DNA of 64,000 nt from Eledone cirrhosa (lineage: Eukaryota). Positions 59,501-64,000 of this stretch are shown piece by piece; the first letter of the stretch is position 1, and every line of letters starts with the position of its first letter. A model generated the notes under the pieces. The model was not told where the DNA came from, did no database searches, and was given only the letters and a program-made list of their open reading frames with translations. The DNA lies in the NCBI GenBank assembly GCA_964016885.1, contig OZ024743.1:138756001-138820000 (forward strand), written 5' to 3'. The position numbers and the translations under genes are program-made.

Positions 59501-62500
59501 CACCAAGCACCAAACACCAAACACCAGCACCAAGCACCAAGCACCAAGCACCAAACACCAAACACCAAGCACCAAGCACTAAACACCAAACACCAAGCAC
59601 CAAACACCAAGCACCAAGCACCAAGCACCAAGCACCAAGCACCAAACACCAAGCACCAAGCACCAAACAGCAAACACCAAGCACCAAACACCAAACACCA
59701 AGCACCAAGCACCAAACACCAAACACCAAACACCAAGCACCAAGCCCCAAGCACCAAACACCAAGCACCAAGCACCAAACACCAAGCACGAAGCACCAAG
59801 CACCATGCACCAAACACCAAGCACCAAGCACCAAACAGCAAACACCAAACAGCAAACACCAAACACCAAACACCAACAAGCAAACACCAAACACCAAACA
59901 CCAAACAGCAAACACCAAACAGCAAACACCAAACAGAAAACACCAAACACCAAACACCAAACAGCAAATGCCAAAAAGCAAACGCCAAACCCCAAACGCC
60001 AAACAGCAAATGCCAAACCCCAAACGCCAAACAGCAAACGCCAAGCGCCAAACGCCAAACACCAAGTGCCAAGCACCAAACACCAAACACCAAACACCAA
60101 GCACCAAGTACCAAACACCAAACACCAAGCACCAAACACCAAACAGCAAACGCCAAAAAGCAAACGCCAAACCCCATACGCCAAACAGCAAATGCCAAAC
60201 CCCAAACGCCAAACAGCAAACGCCAAGCACCAAACACCAAACACCAAGCGCCAAGCACCAAACACCAAACACCAAGCACCAAGCACCAAACACCAAACAC
60301 CAAGCACCAATCACCAAACACCAAGCACCAAGCGCCAAGCACCAAACACCAAACACCTAGCACCAAGCACCAAGCACCAAACACCAAGTACCAAACACCA
60401 ATCACCAAGCCCCAAGCACCAAACACCAAGCGCCAAGCACCAAACACCAAACACCAAGCACCAAGCACCCAGAACCAAGCACCAAGCACCAAACACCAAA
60501 CACCAAGCACCGAGCACCAAACACCAAGAACCAAGCACCAAGCTCTAAACACCAAACACCAAGCACCAAGCACCAAACACCAAACACCAAACACCAAACA
60601 CAAAACACCAAACAGCAAATGCCAAACAGCAAACGCCAAACACCAAACACCAAATAGCAAACACCAAACAGCAAACACCAAACAGCAAACACCAAACAGC
60701 AAACACCAGACAGCAAACAGCAAACACCAAACACCAAGCACCAAACACCAAGCACCAAGCAACAAGCACCAATCACCAAGCACCAAGCACTAAACACCAA
60801 ACAACAAGCACCAAGCACCAAGCACCAAACAGCAAGCACCAAGCACCATGCACCAAACGCCAAGCACCAAGCACCAAACACCAAGCACCAAGCACCAAGC
60901 ACCAAACACCAAGCACCAAAGACCAAGCACCAAATACCAAGCACCAAGCACCAAACACCAATCACCAAGCACCAAGCACCAAACACCAAGAACCAAGCAC
61001 CAATCACTAAACACCAAACACCAAGCACCAAGCACCAAACACCAAACACCAAGCACCAAGTACCAAACACCAAACACCAAGCACCAATCACCAAACACCA
61101 AATCCCAAGCACCAGACACCAAGCACCAAGCACCAAACACCAAACACCAAGCACGAAGCACCAAGCATCAAATACCAAACACCAAACACCAAGCACCACA
61201 CATCAAACACCAAGCACGAAGCACCAATCGCCAAGCACCAAGCACCAAGCAATAAACACAAAGCACCAAGCACCAAGCACCAAGCACCAAGCACCAAGCA
61301 CCAAACACCAAGCACCAAGCACCCAACACCAAACACCAATCACCAAGCACCAAAGAGCAAACACGAAGCCCCAAGCACCATACACCCAACACCAAACACC
61401 AAACATCAAACACCAATCACGAATCACAAAACACCAAACACCAAACATCAAACACCAATCACGAATCACCAAGCACCAAACACCAAACACCAAGCACCAA
61501 GCACCAAGCACCAAACACCAAACACCAAGCACCAAGCACTAAACACCAAACACCAAGCACCAAACACCAAGCACCAAGCACCAAGCACCAAGCACCAAGC
61601 ACCAAACATCAAGCACCAAGCACCAAACAGCAAACACCAAGCACCAAACACCAAACACCAAGCACCAAGCACCAAACACCAAACACCAAACACCAAGCAC
61701 CAAGCCCCAAGCACCAAACACCAAGCACCAAGCACCAAACACCAAGCACGAAGCACCAAGCACCATGCACCAAACACCAAGCACCAAGCACCAAACAGCA
61801 AACACCAAACAGCAAACACCAAACACCAAACACCAACAAGCAAACACCAAACACCAAACACCAAACAGCAAACACCAAACAGCAAACACCAAACAGCAAA
61901 CACCAAACACCAAACACCAAACAGCAAATGCCAAAAAGCAAACGCCAAACCCCAAACGCCAAACAGCAAATGCCAAACCCCAAACGCCAAACAGCAAACG
62001 CCAAGCGCCAAACGCCAAACACCAAGTGCCAAGCACCAAACACCAAACACCAAGCACCAAGCACCAAGCACCAAACACCAAACACCAAGCACCAAGTACC
62101 AAACACCAAACACCAAGCACCAAACACCAAACAGCAAACGCCAAACCCCATACGCCAAACAGCAAATGCCAAACCCCAAACGCCAAACAGCAAACGCCAA
62201 GCACCAAACACCAAACACCAAGCGCCAAGCACCAGACACCAAACACCAAGCACCAAGCACCAAACACCAAACACCAAGCACCAATCACCAAACACCAAGC
62301 ACCAAGCGCCAAGCACCAAACACCAAACACCTAGCACCAAGCACCAAGCACCAAACACCAAGTACCAAACACCAATCACCAAGCCCCAAGCACCAAACAC
62401 CAAGCGCCAAGCACCAAACACCAAACACCAAGCACCAAGCACCCAGAACCAAGCACCAAGCACCAAACACCAAGCACCAAGCACCGAGCACCAAACACCA

Positions 62501-63480
62501 AGAACCAAGCACCAAGCTCTAAACACCAAACACCAAGCACCAAGCACCAAACACCAAACGCCAAACACCAAACACCAAACATCAAACAGCAAATGCCAAA
62601 AAGCAAACGCCAAACCCCAAACCCCAAACGCCAAACACCAAGCGCCAAGCACCAAACACCAAACACCAAGCACCAAGCACCAAACACCAAACACCAAGCA
62701 CCAAGTACCAAACACCAAACACCAAGCACCAAACACCAAACAGCAAACGCCAAAAAGCAAACGCCAAACCCCCTACGCCAAACAGCAAATGCCAAACCCC
62801 AAACGCCAAACAGCAAACGCCAAGCACCGAACACCAAACACCAAGCGCCAAGCACCAAACACCAAACACCAAGCACCAAGCACCAAACACCAAACACCAA
62901 GCACCAATCACCAAACACCAAGCACCAAGAGCCAAGAACCAAACACCAAACACCTAGCACCAAGCACCAAGCACCAAACACCAAGTACCAAACACCAATC
63001 ACCAAGCCCCAAGCACCAAACACCAAGCACCAAGCACCAAACACCAAACACCAAGCACCAAGCACCCAGAACCAAGCACCAAGCACCAAACACCAAGCAC
63101 CAAGCACCGAGCACCAAACACCAAGAACCAAGCACCAAGCACTAAACACCAAACACCAAACACCAAGCGCCAAGCACCTAACACCAAACACCAAGCACCA
63201 AGCACCAAACACCAAACACCAAGCACAAATCACCAAACACCAAACACCAAGCGCCAAACACCAAACACCAAACACCTAGCACCAAGCACCAAGCACCAAA
63301 CACCATGCACCAAACACCAAGCACCAAGCACCAAGCACCAAGCACCAAGCACCAAACACCAATCACCAAGCCCCAAGCATCAAACACCAAGCACCCAGCA
63401 CCAAACACCAAACACCAAGCACCAAGCACCCAGAACAAAGCACCAAGAACCAAACACCAAACACCAAGCTCCAAGCACCA
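53150..63480 (+). repeat. Duplicated blocks approx. 53.15-54.5 kb vs 57.8-59.2 kb and 54.5-57.8 kb vs 60.0-63.5 kb
   Basis: Offsets 4648 then 4701 (53382/58030, 54237/58938), and 5505 then 5701 then 5708 (54806/60311, 56260/61765, 56584/62285, 57200/62908). Confidence 0.88.
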
Positions 63481-64000
63481 AACACCAAACACCAAGCACC
63501 AAGCACCAATCACCAAACACCAAACACCAAGCACCAAGCACCAAACACCAAACACCAAGCACCAATCACCAAACACCAAGCCCCAAGCGCCAAACACCAA
63601 ACACCAAACACCTAGCACCAAGCACCAAGCACCGAACACCAAGCACCAAACACCAAGCACCAAGCACCAAGCACCAAGCACCAAGCACCAAACACCAATC
63701 ACCAAGCCCCAAGCACCAAACACCAAGCACCAAGCACCAAACACCAAACACCAAGCACCAAGCACCCAGAACCAAACAGCAAACACCAAACACCAAACAC
63801 CAAACACCAAACAGCAAACACCAAACAGCAAACACCAAACAGCAAACAGCAAACAAGCACCAAGCACCAAACACCAAGCACCAAGCACCAAACAACAACA
63901 CCAAGCACCAAGCACCAAACACCAAGCGCCAAGCACCAAACACCAAACACCAAGCTCCAAGCACCAAACACCATACACCAAGCACCAAGCACCAAACACC

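Larger units (their letters stand above)
1..64000 (+). repeat. Heptameric simple-satellite array, consensus CACCAA(A/G), ~9,100 monomers, reaching both window edges
   Basis: Every line parses into 7-bp units (CACCAAG, CACCAAA, CAGCAAA, CACCAAT, CGCCAAA, etc.) in one orientation with no unique DNA. The ORF translations are 7-aa repeats (TKHQAPS/TKHQTPN; WCLVLGA/WCLVFGV), as expected of a 7-bp period. Confidence 0.99.

Noticed and set aside
228-63999. All ORFs in the track as protein-coding genes, including 33869-36691 (+, 940 aa), 26402-29332 (-, 976 aa) and 31319-33664 (+, 781 aa)
   Set aside because: They overlap in all frames with the same 7-aa repeat and have no non-repetitive domain. Starts and stops come from sporadic variant monomers. 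Openness follows from the lack of T on the + strand and of A on the - strand.
1-64000. CRISPR array
   Set aside because: There are no constant 23-50-bp repeats separated by unique spacers, and no leader or cas genes. Everything derives from the same heptamer.
1-64000. Direct product of telomerase or another short-template reverse transcriptase (e.g. DRT-type repeat synthesis)
   Set aside because: Rare variants are copied in kilobase-long collinear blocks, which requires DNA-level duplication. De novo addition from a short template would not reproduce them. A distant telomeric origin is not excluded.
1-64000. Sequencing or basecalling artefact, or synthetic low-complexity sequence
   Set aside because: The variants are consistent, hierarchically inherited and in register, which random error would not produce. 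Mis-assembly of individual duplications remains possible.
1-64000. Cyanobacterial STRR or other bacterial heptamer repeat tract
   Set aside because: Those tracts are short and lie between or within genes. A gene-free 64-kb array does not fit, and the motif differs from STRR1 CCCCA(A/G)T.
1-64000. Fungal RIP signature (CpA>TpA variants TACCAA, CACTAA, TAGCAAA)
   Set aside because: The great majority of CpA sites are intact and T is very rare. RIP on such a repeat would be expected to leave heavy C>T conversion.
1-64000. Canonical G-quadruplex array, hairpins or inversions
   Set aside because: The minus strand has mostly GG runs, with isolated GGGG from CCCCAA variants, so it does not meet the four-G3-tract pattern. 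The T-poor + strand cannot form extended stems, and no orientation switch was seen.

Overview
The whole 64-kb window is one uninterrupted, single-orientation tandem array of a 7-bp monomer, about 9,100 units long. The consensus is CACCAA(A/G), or (C/T)TTGGTG on the minus strand. Common variants are CAGCAAA, CGCCAAA, CACCAAT, CCCCAA(A/G), TACCAA(A/G), CACTAA(A/G) and CATCAA(A/G). I see no unique sequence, real gene, RNA gene, transposon or CRISPR array. The ORFs in the track are by-products of the repeat: the + strand is nearly T-free and the - strand nearly A-free, so stop codons are rare. Rare variant monomers act as markers and reveal nested higher-order structure: 14/28-bp sub-periods, 42-224-bp local duplications, a 616-bp (88-monomer) tandem unit, 2.2-6.8-kb segmental duplications (the youngest at 29949-36790/36791-43604), and a shuffled mosaic in the right third. 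Copies differ almost only by whole monomers. Other signals are recurring CpG-rich and CAGCAAA-rich modules, five inherited A12/A13 tracts and recurrent CG/TG differences between aligned copies. The best reading is a eukaryotic-type simple satellite (heterochromatic, centromeric or telomere-like) evolving by recombination. The organism and function cannot be determined from this window. All offsets were derived by hand from marker positions and the ORF track.
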